A stretch of DNA of 64,000 bases from an uncultured Elusimicrobia bacterium (GCA_963702895.1 OY969767.1:928001-992000); one strand, 5' to 3'. Counted from the first letter of the stretch, positions 27,363 through 39,153 are shown. The notes: a model not told the origin generated them from the sequence alone. Numbers and translations are program-made.

Positions 27363-27703
27363 CTGCTTCTAGGGCAGAGCCCAAACTGGATGACCATGAG
27401 CGAGAGGAGAGAGATGAAGCAGGTGGATGAAAGAAAGAAATACGAGATTTCATCATGCCGGTTTCCTATGGTGAAGCTGCCCGCCTATGCTCTTCCTCAA
27501 AAAAAACTCACCAAACGGAGGGCCGCCAATAGGCGACCCGGTGCTTCAACGTCACCCAGTGTTCGGCGCTCAAAAAAAAACGCATCATTTCTTGAAATAA
27601 TATAGGTAAAGAACGCATCTAGAATACATGCAGAGATGAGATGTTAACTAACCTATCTTAAGCCGGAAAATGAACACTTGCGGGAAATGCCGAGTCCTGA
27701 CAA

Positions 27704-30172
27704 ATGTCAAGTATGAAAAGATTAATTTCTTCGGCTCACCGCGTCCAGTCCCAAAAAGGGGTGTCCCTGGTCGAAATCATGTTGACGGTGGGGCTCATCA
27801 TGACCGTCATGATTTTCACGAGCAACATCCTGGCCAATTCATTGCGTTCGACCACCCGTAACGCGCAAAAACAAAAGGTGTCGAAGCTCGCCGAGATGGT
27901 CTTTGAACAATACGGCGCGTTTTCTGCCCATGAATTCGGAAAATTGGCTTCCCGGAACGTGACCAACGCGATTCCCATGGTGTTTTTCCACACCTCGGAC
28001 AATCTTGGATTTGACGGCTACGCGATCACAACCAGCGCCGCCTATTCCGGTCCCAACAACGGGCTCTGCGATATCACATTGGACATCGCGTGGCTGCAAG
28101 ATGGCGACGCCCGGACCGAGCGCTTTGTGCGCCGGTATTCCGAGTCCAACGAAATTTATACCGGGGCCGCCGCCGAGGTGTATGTGAAAATCCCCTGCAA
28201 CGGCCTGACCGACACCCAGGAGATCATCGCGACCTGCCCCGGCATCTCCTCCATGACCGTGATGGCCCTTGGCGCCAGCGGCTCCCCTGTCACTGGCCTC
28301 ACCGACCACACGGGGCGGCTCCTCCTATCGCAGCTAGCGCCCATCACCGCCAACCCAATCGTGGTCAGCGCCCCCGCCTATTCTTCCTATACCATCCGCA
28401 TGAGTGATCCCAACTACGCGCCGCTCTTTTTTGCCCGCACGAAGCCCGAAATAAACTTCGTTGACGGGCAGCCGATCACCAGCATCTCCACCACCGTGGC
28501 GCTGAGCCCCAGCGTCCCCAACACCCTTCTCTTCACAGACTTCCATCAGGCGTCGCGCATTACCGGGCGCGTGATCAATGATTCCGATCCGGCGGACGTG
28601 GCCGGCAAGGACGTGTCTATAGGCGAGACAAACGCAGCATTTGTTGGTTCGATCGACCAATGCTATAGCTCCAACATGTCGATCGGAAATTGTGTCGTTA
28701 AGACAGACGCTTTCGGGAACTATGAATTTAACAATATCACGACATGGCAAGCGACCTCAGCCGATGCATACTTCAAATTGGTCACACTTAATACGAGGGG
28801 TTCTCGCCCGGACATTCAGCCGGGAAATCCCTTGTTTGCCTACGGACAAATCGGCTCCGTGGAGAGTGTTTCCTCCTTGATGACTCATCCGTACCCACCT
28901 GAATTTGTTCAGGATGTCCACATGAAGCTCCGCGGCTGGGTCCGTTTTGACTTGTCCGTGAGCGGCGCGCCCTTCCCGGGAGGGGTCCTCAAAATCCAGA
29001 ATTCTTCGGCGGATGATGGGTGGGGCAGCAGATTTCCTAGAGACTTCGGCATCACGCCGCTTGATACCATCAGTCTGACGGCAGATGCCTCGGGTGTTGT
29101 TCGAGCCTATAACCTTCGAGAAAAATGCACGGTGAATGTGTACGACCCCATTGACCTCGACCACCCCTCCAACTGGGTCCTTTGGGAATGTGTCAGCGGG
29201 GATTGTTTCCGGGAAAATCCCGTGGCTGTCGAGATGAATGCTTTCGCGCTTAACGGCACGGTGGTAGACCTCCGTTTCCCTCCGCGTCTTTTAGGAAGAG
29301 CAATCATTAAGGTTCAGGGGGAACGCGACGTTGCGACGACCACAGAGTGGATTCATTATTCCAGCGCGACGGTCAATGATGACGGTACAAGTATTTCCGT
29401 CCAGGGCATTGACCCGGGCCTCTCTCAGTCCGGTCCGACATTCAATGTTACGGTGTCCTTGAGCACTACATCATTTTCTTTCCCTGGCATCACGGTGTCC
29501 GGCAACATCACCGATGTCGATACTGGCGAGCCGGCCGTGCACGCTTCGGTGAGACTCAATTCCAACGGGCCCGTTCCTCCGTTCTGGAATCTCAAGACGG
29601 ACACCAGCGGCCATTATGATTTTGGCCCGAAAACGATCTACTGGAAAACGCCTTCGGCCGGCTATCAAATCAGCTGTGATGTCGTCACTCGGCTCTGTTC
29701 TTTCTCGGCTCCTACAGCGAATTATCAAGTGGATACCAGTCAAACCAGCGTGTTGCTTGAACAGGATCTCTCCGTTAGTGCTGGGTATCGGGTGATCGAG
29801 AACAACGGGACAGTCTCAGAGACGTCTTCGGCCGTCAATATCAATGCCCAGGCCAAGCTGAAGACCTATCAGGTGATCGGTACGGTTCGTGATAAGATCA
29901 CCGGAGGCGTCCTGCCCGATGTCTCCGTCGAGGACGGGGCCGGCGATAGCAATCTGAGCTCCGTCTCTGGGACTTTCAGTCTTTGGGCGAGGGTTGAGGG
30001 GCGAACGACCGGCGAGCCCGGGACCGTCACGGTACGGGTAGGCAATCAGGTCGTGAATGGAGTATCCTATACAGGTGCTGAATATGTTTTGCCGATCCCA
30101 AGCCCAGCCGATCCTGATGTCCCGCTTACGCAGGACTTCCTGCTCCAGCGTCCCTTTTCCTCGTCCATCTAG
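27704..30172 (+). CDS. Large prepilin-type N-terminal protein with beta-rich (carboxypeptidase-regulatory-like) repeats
   Basis: QKG|VSLVEIML cleavage motif; repeated ITGRV/VSGNITD..TG/VIGTVRD modules. Confidence 0.8.
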   Translation: MSSMKRLISSAHRVQSQKGVSLVEIMLTVGLIMTVMIFTSNILANSLRSTTRNAQKQKVSKLAEMVFEQYGAFSAHEFGKLASRNVTNAIPMVFFHTSDNLGFDGYAITTSAAYSGPNNGLCDITLDIAWLQDGDARTERFVRRYSESNEIYTGAAAEVYVKIPCNGLTDTQEIIATCPGISSMTVMALGASGSPVTGLTDHTGRLLLSQLAPITANPIVVSAPAYSSYTIRMSDPNYAPLFFARTKPEINFVDGQPITSISTTVALSPSVPNTLLFTDFHQASRITGRVINDSDPADVAGKDVSIGETNAAFVGSIDQCYSSNMSIGNCVVKTDAFGNYEFNNITTWQATSADAYFKLVTLNTRGSRPDIQPGNPLFAYGQIGSVESVSSLMTHPYPPEFVQDVHMKLRGWVRFDLSVSGAPFPGGVLKIQNSSADDGWGSRFPRDFGITPLDTISLTADASGVVRAYNLREKCTVNVYDPIDLDHPSNWVLWECVSGDCFRENPVAVEMNAFALNGTVVDLRFPPRLLGRAIIKVQGERDVATTTEWIHYSSATVNDDGTSISVQGIDPGLSQSGPTFNVTVSLSTTSFSFPGITVSGNITDVDTGEPAVHASVRLNSNGPVPPFWNLKTDTSGHYDFGPKTIYWKTPSAGYQISCDVVTRLCSFSAPTANYQVDTSQTSVLLEQDLSVSAGYRVIENNGTVSETSSAVNINAQAKLKTYQVIGTVRDKITGGVLPDVSVEDGAGDSNLSSVSGTFSLWARVEGRTTGEPGTVTVRVGNQVVNGVSYTGAEYVLPIPSPADPDVPLTQDFLLQRPFSSSI

Positions 30173-30692
30173 GACGCTTCATCGCGGGGGATGGACCCTG
30201 GTCGAGATGCTCGTTGTGGTCGCGCTCTTGGGGTTCTTCGCGGCGGCCCTCCAGCAGCTGATTCGTTTGCCCTTTCGGCTGCAGCAGCAGCAACAGAAAC
30301 AAGACGTCAAAGCGAGTCTCGAAAGGGCGATGAATACGATGGTCAACGATCTTCGCGAAGCCGATCCCACCCGCTTCAGGTTCTCCGACATTTATCCCAC
30401 GTCGACGATCGTGGATACCTTCACGTTTAATAAGAGGTGGATGGATCTGGCGACCCCCAGTGAGGTCTCGCACAGCACCTATACGTATACGATCACCGCG
30501 GGGGTTCTCCAGCGGAACGAAAACGGCGCCCTCAAGGCGCTCATGAGCGGTCTGGAAACACCCACGGCGAGCCTTCCGCTGATCCAACTGAATCCCGCAA
30601 GCCCCGCCATGCTGATCTTGACCCTTCAAACGAGCACCTCCACGCTCACCACCCCCCTCAAAGTGGAAAGGGTGGTGACCCTTAAATCATGA
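30117..30692 (+). CDS. Prepilin-type (PilW/GspJ-like) protein
   Basis: GG|WTLVEMLVVV; DLREA motif. Start uncertain. Confidence 0.8.
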   Translation: MSRLRRTSCSSVPFPRPSRTLHRGGWTLVEMLVVVALLGFFAAALQQLIRLPFRLQQQQQKQDVKASLERAMNTMVNDLREADPTRFRFSDIYPTSTIVDTFTFNKRWMDLATPSEVSHSTYTYTITAGVLQRNENGALKALMSGLETPTASLPLIQLNPASPAMLILTLQTSTSTLTTPLKVERVVTLKS

Positions 30693-31882
30693 AGCGTCTC
30701 CAGGCGGACCGCGGCATCGTGCTCATCGAGTGGACGATCATCAGCGTCCTGATCATCGCGGCGATCGTCTGCTACGCCAATTTCATCCACGTTCAAACGG
30801 TTGGGGCGGTACGCAGCTCTGTCCGTGCCAAAGCGGTCCAGCAGACCGACTCCGGCATGAACCATGCCCGGAACTATCTTCGCACGCCACAAGGCCTTTT
30901 GCAGCTGCCCATCGCAAGTTCCACGACCCTCACGTCCGCCACCGTGGCGGAAGGCCGCTATGAGGTCAGTTTATACCGGACCTTCGCCGACATCAATTTA
31001 GTGGATGGATACGCGACCGGCTACTACTACTTGCCCGGCGGGGCCGATGTCGATCCCGTGACAGGACAACAAGCGATTTCAGCTGCCGCGAATTTCCGTC
31101 TGCGCATAACCAATGTAAGTGACTTCCTCTTGGCGGTCCCGGGCCCGCTCACGGTGAAGTATGGATCGGATCTTTCGAGCGGAAGATTGTACGCGCGCGA
31201 ACTGACGCTGGAGACGGGAGTCACGTTGCCACACACGAGGCTCTTCAAGGCCTACTATTTTGCGTCCGTCGCGCCCAGCGCGTCGCCGGTGAATGTCGAT
31301 TTCATGACGTTGCCGGCTTATGCCCAGCAGTTGCCGGTCGCGCCCAATTTCCCGGTTTTAGACGCGAACTGGCGGGGGCAGTACGAGGCGCTCGCGGATC
31401 CGGGCCCATTCCCCAGCTTTAGCGGCTCCGTCGGAATAGCCGCCCCCTATCATGTGTACTACTTCCCGGGGGCAGTTCTGCAGGTCGGCGTGCCGTCGCA
31501 ACCCTTGCAAGTCACCGGGACCTATGTCGTCTATTCGACGGGGGATATTTATATTGGAGATTCCGTGACCGTCGTTCCGGGGGAATGCGTCGCATTTCTT
31601 GCCGAAGGCAGCATCCATATCAGGGAGAGCGCGCCGGATAACTTAGTCTTGGAAGGCAATTATATGGCGAATAACGATATCGTCGCCGACGGCCCGCAGC
31701 GTCCGATAACGTCGTCCCTCACGATTCAGGGAGGACTCTTCGCTGGCAAGAATATTGTACTCGCGCCGGTCTATCGGGGGACCCGCCAGTACACCTACCA
31801 GCCGTGCGGCAACCCTGATCTCATGCTCCCCACCCAGGCCGACCTCTCCGACTACCGCGTCACGAAAGGCAGCAAATCCTAA
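30689..31882 (+). CDS. PilX/GspK-like minor pilin
   Basis: DRG|IVL hydrophobic N-terminus; A...DSG...A motif; ATGA overlap with the upstream gene. Confidence 0.7.
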   Translation: MKRLQADRGIVLIEWTIISVLIIAAIVCYANFIHVQTVGAVRSSVRAKAVQQTDSGMNHARNYLRTPQGLLQLPIASSTTLTSATVAEGRYEVSLYRTFADINLVDGYATGYYYLPGGADVDPVTGQQAISAAANFRLRITNVSDFLLAVPGPLTVKYGSDLSSGRLYARELTLETGVTLPHTRLFKAYYFASVAPSASPVNVDFMTLPAYAQQLPVAPNFPVLDANWRGQYEALADPGPFPSFSGSVGIAAPYHVYYFPGAVLQVGVPSQPLQVTGTYVVYSTGDIYIGDSVTVVPGECVAFLAEGSIHIRESAPDNLVLEGNYMANNDIVADGPQRPITSSLTIQGGLFAGKNIVLAPVYRGTRQYTYQPCGNPDLMLPTQADLSDYRVTKGSKS

Positions 31883-31909
31883 AGGCGTTCTTCGCGTTCG
31901 ATTGATTAT

Positions 31910-34051
31910 CTAAAGGAGTTTCGGGTGGTAAGGGTTGGGAGCAGGATTTTCTTGGCCCGGCGCGCATGGCACGGGAAGAATCTCAAAGATCAAGACGTCA
32001 AGATCGCGCGAAAAGAGCGAGTTGGCCGCGATGCACCGGAGATGCTTTTTCCAGAAGGTGTTCAGCACTTTCCAATGTTTGGAGGATGGAGAAAAGCGCG
32101 AGGACCCGCCGAGGCGGACCAGTTCGTTCAAGTTCACGAAAATGTGAGTGAGGCCCTGTTCCCGAAGTCGATTGGTGAGGTCTTGCGCGTCAAGGGCCTC
32201 ACGCGTCCATTGCTCGATGGGGCGTGGATCGAGGTAGGAATTGGCCATCACCAGGTGTTCGGTCGGATAGGTGCGCGCCTCATCAAGGAACAAGATCTTG
32301 GAACCTTTCGGCAGATGGGCATTCATCCATAGGATCCCAGCGTAAGGTGGATACCCGTAGGAAAGGTGATTCGACGAGAGATAAGTGCTTTCAGACACGA
32401 GCCCGAGGACAACCTTCCAACCCTCTTTGGCCATGAGCCTTTGAAACCCCAGGCCGATGTTGACCGCGATGCAGGTCGCGACAAGAAGCCGCGTGAGTAA
32501 CATCCCTTTGCTCTTGTCTTGATGTACAAAACCCTCCGCGAGAAGCGGTGAAAGAAGGGCCAGGCCGGGAAGAAAGAACCGAAGCACGGAGCCTGTCGTC
32601 AGCCAAACCACCCACAGGCCAAAAAACAAGAACTTGTAACAAGAGCCCGCGCGAGCGTTCCAGGGATGGCGGAAAAGCACGGGGAGGAGCATCAAGTAGA
32701 GGGGTCCGATAAAGTTCGTGTTGCTGATCCCTTCCATCGTCAGAAGCCAAGGGTGGAACAAAAACCGGAGTGTCGTGCCAAGAGACTGAAAGGTCTTGGC
32801 CCAATCCCTGGAACCCGCTTCTACGATAAACGTCTTCCAGAGGACAGGATCCAGAGCGGGGCTCCCCCAGCCCTGAACGGCACCGAAGGGATAAACGGGA
32901 TTGCGATACCAGACCCATTGGCGCAAGAGCCATGGAAAAACCGCCAAGAGCGCGCCAGCCACAAAGACCGCGCACAGGGGAACGCCCTTCACGGTATCTT
33001 GCGGGTGTCGGCGTTCCTTCCAGACGATGAGGAGTGCTGCGACGATCGGAATGGGCAGCAGGGTGGGCTTGCAGCTGGCGGCGAGTCCAGAGAGGATCCC
33101 AGCGCAAAAGTACATCCCTGGACGCGGGAGGACGTCGAAGGCCAGGAGCAGCGCATACGCACTAGCAAAGACGTAAAAGGATGCCGCCACGTCCACGGAG
33201 GCAGAGGTCGTGCTCATCACGACGAAGGGCGCGCTGAAAAAAATCAGTCCCGAAAGGACACCAGAGCCTGCTGAGAGAAAACGCCTGCCAAACGATACAT
33301 AGGCGAGCGCGAGGAGCAGCCCCATCGCGCTGTGCAGGAGTTTGGCAGAAAGAGCATTTCCTAAAGTGATGGCCCAGCCGTAGGCGAGTTGCGGCATTTG
33401 GACAAAATTTGAGTGCATGAGGTTGGGCATGGGATAGACGCGCTGGGCGATACGGTAGAGGTTGGGGACCGCCAGGTGATAGTGCAGCGCGTCATAAAAG
33501 ATCTCGGGTGTGAGGCAGAAAAAAAAGATCATCAAAAACAAAACGAAAAGAGCAATCCCCCCCACCTTCTCCACGCGGTTTCGTGGATGCCATGAAATCA
33601 GCAGCGTGAAGCGCCTTGATGGGACGTCCTTCCAAAGAAACAGGCTCGTGAGGCCGATCCCCAGGACCCAAAAGACAGTGGATTTCCACAAATGAAGCGT
33701 CCCGAGCGCAAGGACGCCAAGGGATAGAACACCGATTCCCAATGCGGCAGAAAACACAACGCGCTCTTCCAGCAAAAGTTGGTCTGAAGCCGCCAGTCGG
33801 TTCAGCAGGATCTTTCCGATATGCAGACAAAGATAGCCCGTCCATAACGCGACCAACAGGCCTTTCCCGCATGTCCACAGGTAAGAAGTCCCCCATCCAA
33901 TGACAGGCAGGGACCATCGGATGGGGGTTACTTCGTTGACAAGAGGGAGGATCGTTTTGAGGTAGAGCAACAGGACGAGCGCCATCCAGAGGAAAAGCAG
34001 GGTCCCTGCAAACGGGCGGCGACGAGCCGGTTCGATCAGCGGTGGGTTCAC
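31910..34051 (-). CDS. Polytopic membrane protein, GT-C (ArnT/PMT-like) glycosyltransferase
   Basis: PEIFYDALHYHL, NPVYPF, RFFLP; many TM helices. Confidence 0.7.
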   Translation of the reverse strand: MNPPLIEPARRRPFAGTLLFLWMALVLLLYLKTILPLVNEVTPIRWSLPVIGWGTSYLWTCGKGLLVALWTGYLCLHIGKILLNRLAASDQLLLEERVVFSAALGIGVLSLGVLALGTLHLWKSTVFWVLGIGLTSLFLWKDVPSRRFTLLISWHPRNRVEKVGGIALFVLFLMIFFFCLTPEIFYDALHYHLAVPNLYRIAQRVYPMPNLMHSNFVQMPQLAYGWAITLGNALSAKLLHSAMGLLLALAYVSFGRRFLSAGSGVLSGLIFFSAPFVVMSTTSASVDVAASFYVFASAYALLLAFDVLPRPGMYFCAGILSGLAASCKPTLLPIPIVAALLIVWKERRHPQDTVKGVPLCAVFVAGALLAVFPWLLRQWVWYRNPVYPFGAVQGWGSPALDPVLWKTFIVEAGSRDWAKTFQSLGTTLRFLFHPWLLTMEGISNTNFIGPLYLMLLPVLFRHPWNARAGSCYKFLFFGLWVVWLTTGSVLRFFLPGLALLSPLLAEGFVHQDKSKGMLLTRLLVATCIAVNIGLGFQRLMAKEGWKVVLGLVSESTYLSSNHLSYGYPPYAGILWMNAHLPKGSKILFLDEARTYPTEHLVMANSYLDPRPIEQWTREALDAQDLTNRLREQGLTHIFVNLNELVRLGGSSRFSPSSKHWKVLNTFWKKHLRCIAANSLFSRDLDVLIFEILPVPCAPGQENPAPNPYHPKLL

Positions 34052-34155
34052 GCGCTCACGTGGAACATTCGAGGAGATCTTGACCTTCTGAAATGCAACC
34101 CAGACCCTGCCGGGTGTGAAGAGGTCACATCCCGCGTCGACATAGACGGGAATCT

Positions 34156-36870
34156 TTACGTGAGATGGATCGTGGCCCGCAGCGATTTTTCATTGGGATT
34201 GCGCTTGATCTCGAAGCCCAGTCTTTCGCAGATGTGCTGCATCCCGGTGTTTTCCAGCAAGATGTCAGCTTTGATGGTCTTGATGTGTTCCTGCCGGGCC
34301 ATGTCCAGGAGCCTCTGGACCAACTGGGTCCCCAACCCTTTATGGTGGACGGCATCACTCACCAGAACGGAGAGCTCGGCTTCTGTTTTGTCAAAGACCA
34401 CTTCCAGCCTGCCGACGGCCAAAATCTGGGGTGTGGCACTCTCTTCTTTCGTTTCGGCGACCAGGCAAAGCGTGCGGTCGTAGTCACTGAAACAGACGCG
34501 AATGAGCCGCTGGTGCGCGATGCGCTCACTGAGGCTGATGCGCTGGAGGTAGCGCTTGTACACGCTGTCTTCCGAGAGGGTCTCGTGGAACTTCGCGATC
34601 AGCGGCTCGTCCTCCGGACGAATCGGACGAAACGTGAGGGGCGTCCCATCCGGGAGCTTCCAGTCGGATTGGTAGTGGGCCGGGTAAGGGCGTATGACGG
34701 GGCGTGGTAAGGCTTGGTCCGGGACAGAGGCGGGATGCAGGATCACGCGGGCATCCAGGGCGATGATGGTGTTGGGTGAGACCCTCAAGGGGTTGATATC
34801 AATTTCTTTAATACGCGGCTGCTCCGCCACGAGTTGGCTGAAGCGAACCAGGATTGATTCGAGCTGCGCCATGTCGATCGGTTTGCGTCCCCGGACCCCT
34901 CCCAACGCTTTATAGATGCGCGTCTGCTCCATCAGACGCCGCGCGAGGGTGGTGGTCAGCGGCGGAAGCCCGAGCGCCTTATCTTCATAGACCTCGACGA
35001 GTTGACCGCCAGAGCCGAAGAGCAGCACCGGCCCAAACTGAGGGTCGAGACTCGATCCGAGGATGAGCTCATAGCCTTCGGGAGAGATCATGGCCTGGAC
35101 GGTGGCTCCCGAGAAACCTTTGATCGTGGACAGGTGCTGGAAAGCCTCTTGAACCTGCTGGCTGGTTTTGAGATCAAGGAAGACCCCACCCACATCGGTT
35201 TTATGAGTGACCGTTTCGGAGAGGAGCTTCAGCACAACCGGGTAGCCGATCTTATCGGCGAAAGCGACAGCTTCTTCTGCCGTCTTGGCTGAAAAAGTCG
35301 GAACGGTGGGAATACCGTAGCTCGCCAAGAGTTGTTTGGACTCAAGTTCCGTTAAAAGCACCCTTCCGCTCTCCAGGCAAGTGGAGAGGATCTTACGTGC
35401 GGCTTGCGCGTCTTTGATGTCGCTGGCGGAGCGCTTGGGAAGGAGGGGTGTCTCATAGAGCGTATTCAGATTGCGCGTGTATTGCCACATGTAATTGAAG
35501 GCTTTGGCCGCGGCGTCCGGGTAAGGGAAGGTTGGGATGCCCGCTGCAGAAAGGAGCTCGTCGCCTTTGGTGACATTCTTTTTCCCCATCCAGCTGGCGA
35601 GGAGCGGCCTGTCGGATGATTGGGCATAAGACTGAAGTCGTTCGGCCGTCCCGAGCGGGTCCGTCATCGCTTGGGGGGTCAAAATGATCAAGAGACCGTC
35701 GCTCTGCGGGTCTTGGGTCACGGTTTCGAGGGTCTTGGCGTAGCGCTCGGGGTCCGCATCCCCCAGAATATCGATCGGGTTGTTGTGGCTCCAAGCCGCG
35801 GGGAGGAACGTGTTGAGTTCCGTGATCGTTTCCTGGGACAAAGGTGCCAAAGTGCCCCCCAATTGGACCAACGTATCGGTCGCCAGCACCCCCGGCCCGC
35901 CAGCGTTGGTGACGATGCTCAGACGCGGGCCGCGTGGCGGGGGTTGCTTCGCCAACACTTCCGCCATATTGAAAAGATCGTCGATCCGGGTGACACGAAG
36001 CACGCCGCAGCGCCGAAACGCTGCGTCTAAGACCTCGTCACTGCCGGTGAGCGCTCCCGTATGGGAGGCGGCGGCGCTCGCGGCCGAGGCCGTACGCCCA
36101 GCCTTGATCACAATAATCGGTTTGCTCAGCGCCACTTCACGCGCAGCGGAGAGAAAGGACCGGGCCTCACCAATGGATTCCATGTAGATCAGGATGCTTT
36201 TCGTTTGCGGGTCATCCCCAAGGTAATCGATCAAATCACCCCAGCCGACATCGAGCATCGACCCAACGGACATGAAGGCGCTAAAGCCCACGTGCTCCTC
36301 AAGGCTCCAATCCAGGATGGCGGTCATGAGCGCGCCACTTTGACTGATGAACCCCACGGTCCCCGAATTCGCGATTCCCGCAGCAAACGTCGCGTTAAAC
36401 CCCCAAGGAGGGCGCATCACCCCGAGGCAATTGGGTCCAATAATACGCATCGCACCTTTGGCTTCCAGAATTTCTTTTTCCAGAGCGAGTCCCGCTGCGC
36501 CGGTCTCTTTGAAACCGGCCGAGATAATAATCGCGCCTTTCACGCCCGCTTTGGCGCAATCGCGAATAATGCCGGGAACGGTCGGAGCCGGCGTCACCAC
36601 AACGGCCAAATCGATGGGACCTGGAAGATCGGAGATGCTGGGATAGGCTTTGATGCCCAGAATGCTCGGACGCTTGGGATTGACGGGGTAAACGGTTCCC
36701 CCAAAGGGTTGGCGGATGAGGTTCTCGACCAAAACCCGTCCCACGCTACGCGGGGTCTCGGTTGCCCCAATCACGGCGACACTGGCGGGATGGAAAAAGA
36801 CGTCCAGCGGTGCGTGGCGGCTTCTTAGGATCTCGTGGGTGACACTTTGTTTAAGAGGAGAATTCATCAT
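34156..36870 (-). CDS. Bifunctional acetate-CoA ligase-like / GNAT acetyltransferase (Pat/YfiQ family)
   Basis: [38 protein letters not shown]-terminal RPIRPED GNAT domain. Confidence 0.93.
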   Translation of the reverse strand: MMNSPLKQSVTHEILRSRHAPLDVFFHPASVAVIGATETPRSVGRVLVENLIRQPFGGTVYPVNPKRPSILGIKAYPSISDLPGPIDLAVVVTPAPTVPGIIRDCAKAGVKGAIIISAGFKETGAAGLALEKEILEAKGAMRIIGPNCLGVMRPPWGFNATFAAGIANSGTVGFISQSGALMTAILDWSLEEHVGFSAFMSVGSMLDVGWGDLIDYLGDDPQTKSILIYMESIGEARSFLSAAREVALSKPIIVIKAGRTASAASAAASHTGALTGSDEVLDAAFRRCGVLRVTRIDDLFNMAEVLAKQPPPRGPRLSIVTNAGGPGVLATDTLVQLGGTLAPLSQETITELNTFLPAAWSHNNPIDILGDADPERYAKTLETVTQDPQSDGLLIILTPQAMTDPLGTAERLQSYAQSSDRPLLASWMGKKNVTKGDELLSAAGIPTFPYPDAAAKAFNYMWQYTRNLNTLYETPLLPKRSASDIKDAQAARKILSTCLESGRVLLTELESKQLLASYGIPTVPTFSAKTAEEAVAFADKIGYPVVLKLLSETVTHKTDVGGVFLDLKTSQQVQEAFQHLSTIKGFSGATVQAMISPEGYELILGSSLDPQFGPVLLFGSGGQLVEVYEDKALGLPPLTTTLARRLMEQTRIYKALGGVRGRKPIDMAQLESILVRFSQLVAEQPRIKEIDINPLRVSPNTIIALDARVILHPASVPDQALPRPVIRPYPAHYQSDWKLPDGTPLTFRPIRPEDEPLIAKFHETLSEDSVYKRYLQRISLSERIAHQRLIRVCFSDYDRTLCLVAETKEESATPQILAVGRLEVVFDKTEAELSVLVSDAVHHKGLGTQLVQRLLDMARQEHIKTIKADILLENTGMQHICERLGFEIKRNPNEKSLRATIHLT

Positions 36871-36900
36871 CCAGCGACATTTTAGCTGAAAAAATTGTGC

Positions 36901-37341
36901 TTAGGAGAGAAAAACGAGAATGCTGCCGCACCAGGTCAAAAATGAGAGGACCATGAGCCAGACGTTCAGTTTGGCAAGACGACGTCCACGACCGACGGCA
37001 TAACGGTGTTTCAGCCGGACAGCGCTCAGGAAGGTGTAGATGAGCAGAAGCAGACAAATCACCAAGACGATCGCGGGCGCCGCTTCGGACGCATAGTCAT
37101 CGCGATCGATCATCATGTTGTAGAGTGTCACGAGGAGCCCGACATTCAGCAGCACTTGGACCCCGATGGGCCATACCGGCCGCGGGCGCAGATGTTTCGG
37201 GAGCAGGTTCTCCTTCGCCCTGCGCCTTTTCTCCAGGAGCTTCGGGAGGGTCGGGAAATAGTCTCGGAGTTTGCCTTTGTTCATGCGTTTTCCGTCAAGC
37301 GGCGGTCCCCTCTTCGGTCGTGGGGGGTCTGTGCGTGTCAA
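36901..37341 (-). CDS. Hypothetical membrane protein
   Basis: 3 TM segments; start uncertain (possibly 37284). Confidence 0.6.
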   Translation of the reverse strand: MTRTDPPRPKRGPPLDGKRMNKGKLRDYFPTLPKLLEKRRRAKENLLPKHLRPRPVWPIGVQVLLNVGLLVTLYNMMIDRDDYASEAAPAIVLVICLLLLIYTFLSAVRLKHRYAVGRGRRLAKLNVWLMVLSFLTWCGSILVFLS

Positions 37342-38041
37342 AATAGAACACCAGTCCTAAGAGGATGTCCGTGTAATAAGCTTTTTTCTCAATCGCGTTG
37401 ATGGGGACATCGTGGAAGTACAGATTTTTCGCTTCACACTCCGACGCGATCGTTTTCTTTTTGGAATCATCCATGGCTCGATCGACAATGACAAAGAGGG
37501 TCTGACAGGCGTGTTCTGTGGCCTTGGCGAGGAGCGCGTCCTTCCACTCGCTCTTGGGATCATAGGGAAGGCAAACGATGACGCGAAGACAAAAGGCCAC
37601 CTTCGTAAACTTGGGGGTCATCATCTCGAGCTTGGTGGCCAAAGATTTTGCTTCCGCGTCTTTGCCTTGCGGGAAGAAGAGGGCGGTTGGAACAATCAGT
37701 TTCTCCGCGTCTTGCGGAGGAACGATCGACTGATAGATGCCGATGGTCGCCGACGTGACCCCAGAGGAAGCTCCCGGCGGTTCAAAAGGGATTTCCGATG
37801 GTGCCGATGAGGGCGAGGACGCGGGCGGTGTCTCCAAGGGGCCCGTGGACACAGGCGCGGGACCAGGCATGTTGTGGGAAGCGGGTTGGCCCGCGTCCCT
37901 GGGTTTTCCGGCGGGCTCGCCGGAGGGGATATCTAACTTTTGTTTGGATTCCTCTTCTTCCGAACGGGAGAGTTTCCCGAAGATCCCCTGGAGTTTGGAG
38001 AGGAGTTCGTCGATGTGTTCGTCTTTTTGTGGGTCAGTCAT
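37295..38041 (-). CDS. Hypothetical protein with Pro-rich linker
   Basis: RBS upstream; follows pilT on the same strand. Confidence 0.7.
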   Translation of the reverse strand: MTDPQKDEHIDELLSKLQGIFGKLSRSEEEESKQKLDIPSGEPAGKPRDAGQPASHNMPGPAPVSTGPLETPPASSPSSAPSEIPFEPPGASSGVTSATIGIYQSIVPPQDAEKLIVPTALFFPQGKDAEAKSLATKLEMMTPKFTKVAFCLRVIVCLPYDPKSEWKDALLAKATEHACQTLFVIVDRAMDDSKKKTIASECEAKNLYFHDVPINAIEKKAYYTDILLGLVFYFDTHRPPTTEEGTAA

Positions 38042-38067
38042 CTCTTTACCGTTCTCACACCATCAGC

Positions 38068-39153
38068 CTAGGGCTTGACCGAGATCCCCTGCAGCATGGA
38101 CAAAAAGTTTTCCGGCCGCGAGGTTTCGACGAGCGCCATGTCCCGTGTAATCTTGCCTTCCTTGCAAAGTCTCAATAAATCCTGATCAAAGGTCTGCATG
38201 CCATCGTTGAGTCCTCGGGCCATGGCGGTGTGGACTTCCGCCAGTTTATTTTCGGCCACCAGCTGTCGAAGATAGGGGCTCATCAGCATCACTTCCATAC
38301 AAGGGAGACGCCCTTTGCCGTCCGAGGTCGTCAGCAACTTCTGAGCGATGACGCCTCGCAGAATGTTGGCCACGGCCTGACGCATGGGACCTCGTTGGTC
38401 CGCGGCGTAGCTGTCGACGATGCGCTGGATGGTGTGGACGGCATCCATGGTATGGATCGTGGAGAGCACCAAATGCCCTGTTTCCGCGGCGACAACCGCC
38501 GCGGCAATGGCCTCCGGGTCACGCATTTCGCCAATCACGATCACGTCCGGATCCTGCCTGAGGATGTACTTGAGAGCGCTCACAAAGGACTTGGTGTCGC
38601 TGCCGACTTCACGCTGCGAAATGGACGACTTGAGGTCCTTGTGGTAAAACTCGATCGGGTCCTCAATCGTGATGATATTGTAGGGCATCGTCTGATTGAT
38701 GTGGTTGATCATGGCATTCAAGGTCGTGGTTTTGCCGGCGCCTGTCACCCCGGCGATCAGAACCAGGCCCGAAGGCATCGCACAGAGCTTTTTCAAAGTG
38801 GTGGTTGGTAGGTTGAGCGCCTCAAAGGTCTTGAGTTCGAGCGGAATAACACGCAAGGACAAGGCATGGGTGCCTTTTTGCCTATAAATATTGACGCGAA
38901 ACCGGCTGACTTTGTCCAAAGCATAGGACAAATCGAGCTCCCCTTCCTCTTCAAAACGTTTCCGATGCGCTTCGGACATCAGGCTATAGGCAATCTGCTT
39001 GACCGATTCTGGTGAAAAAATCTGTTTTTCTGTGGAGAGCAGCGTGCCGTGTAGGCGGATCAGCGGCGCGCAATCCGCTTTGAAATGGATGTCTGAAATA
39101 TTCTTCTGGACCATGAACTGCAGCAGCTCGCGAATGTCCATTGCGTCCTCCAT
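38068..39153 (-). CDS. pilT: PilT/PilU family type IV pilus retraction ATPase
   Basis: GVTGAGKTTT, TIEDPIE, QREVG, LRQDPDVIVIGEMRD, AETGHLV, GMQTFDQ. Confidence 0.93.
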   Translation of the reverse strand: MEDAMDIRELLQFMVQKNISDIHFKADCAPLIRLHGTLLSTEKQIFSPESVKQIAYSLMSEAHRKRFEEEGELDLSYALDKVSRFRVNIYRQKGTHALSLRVIPLELKTFEALNLPTTTLKKLCAMPSGLVLIAGVTGAGKTTTLNAMINHINQTMPYNIITIEDPIEFYHKDLKSSISQREVGSDTKSFVSALKYILRQDPDVIVIGEMRDPEAIAAAVVAAETGHLVLSTIHTMDAVHTIQRIVDSYAADQRGPMRQAVANILRGVIAQKLLTTSDGKGRLPCMEVMLMSPYLRQLVAENKLAEVHTAMARGLNDGMQTFDQDLLRLCKEGKITRDMALVETSRPENFLSMLQGISVKP

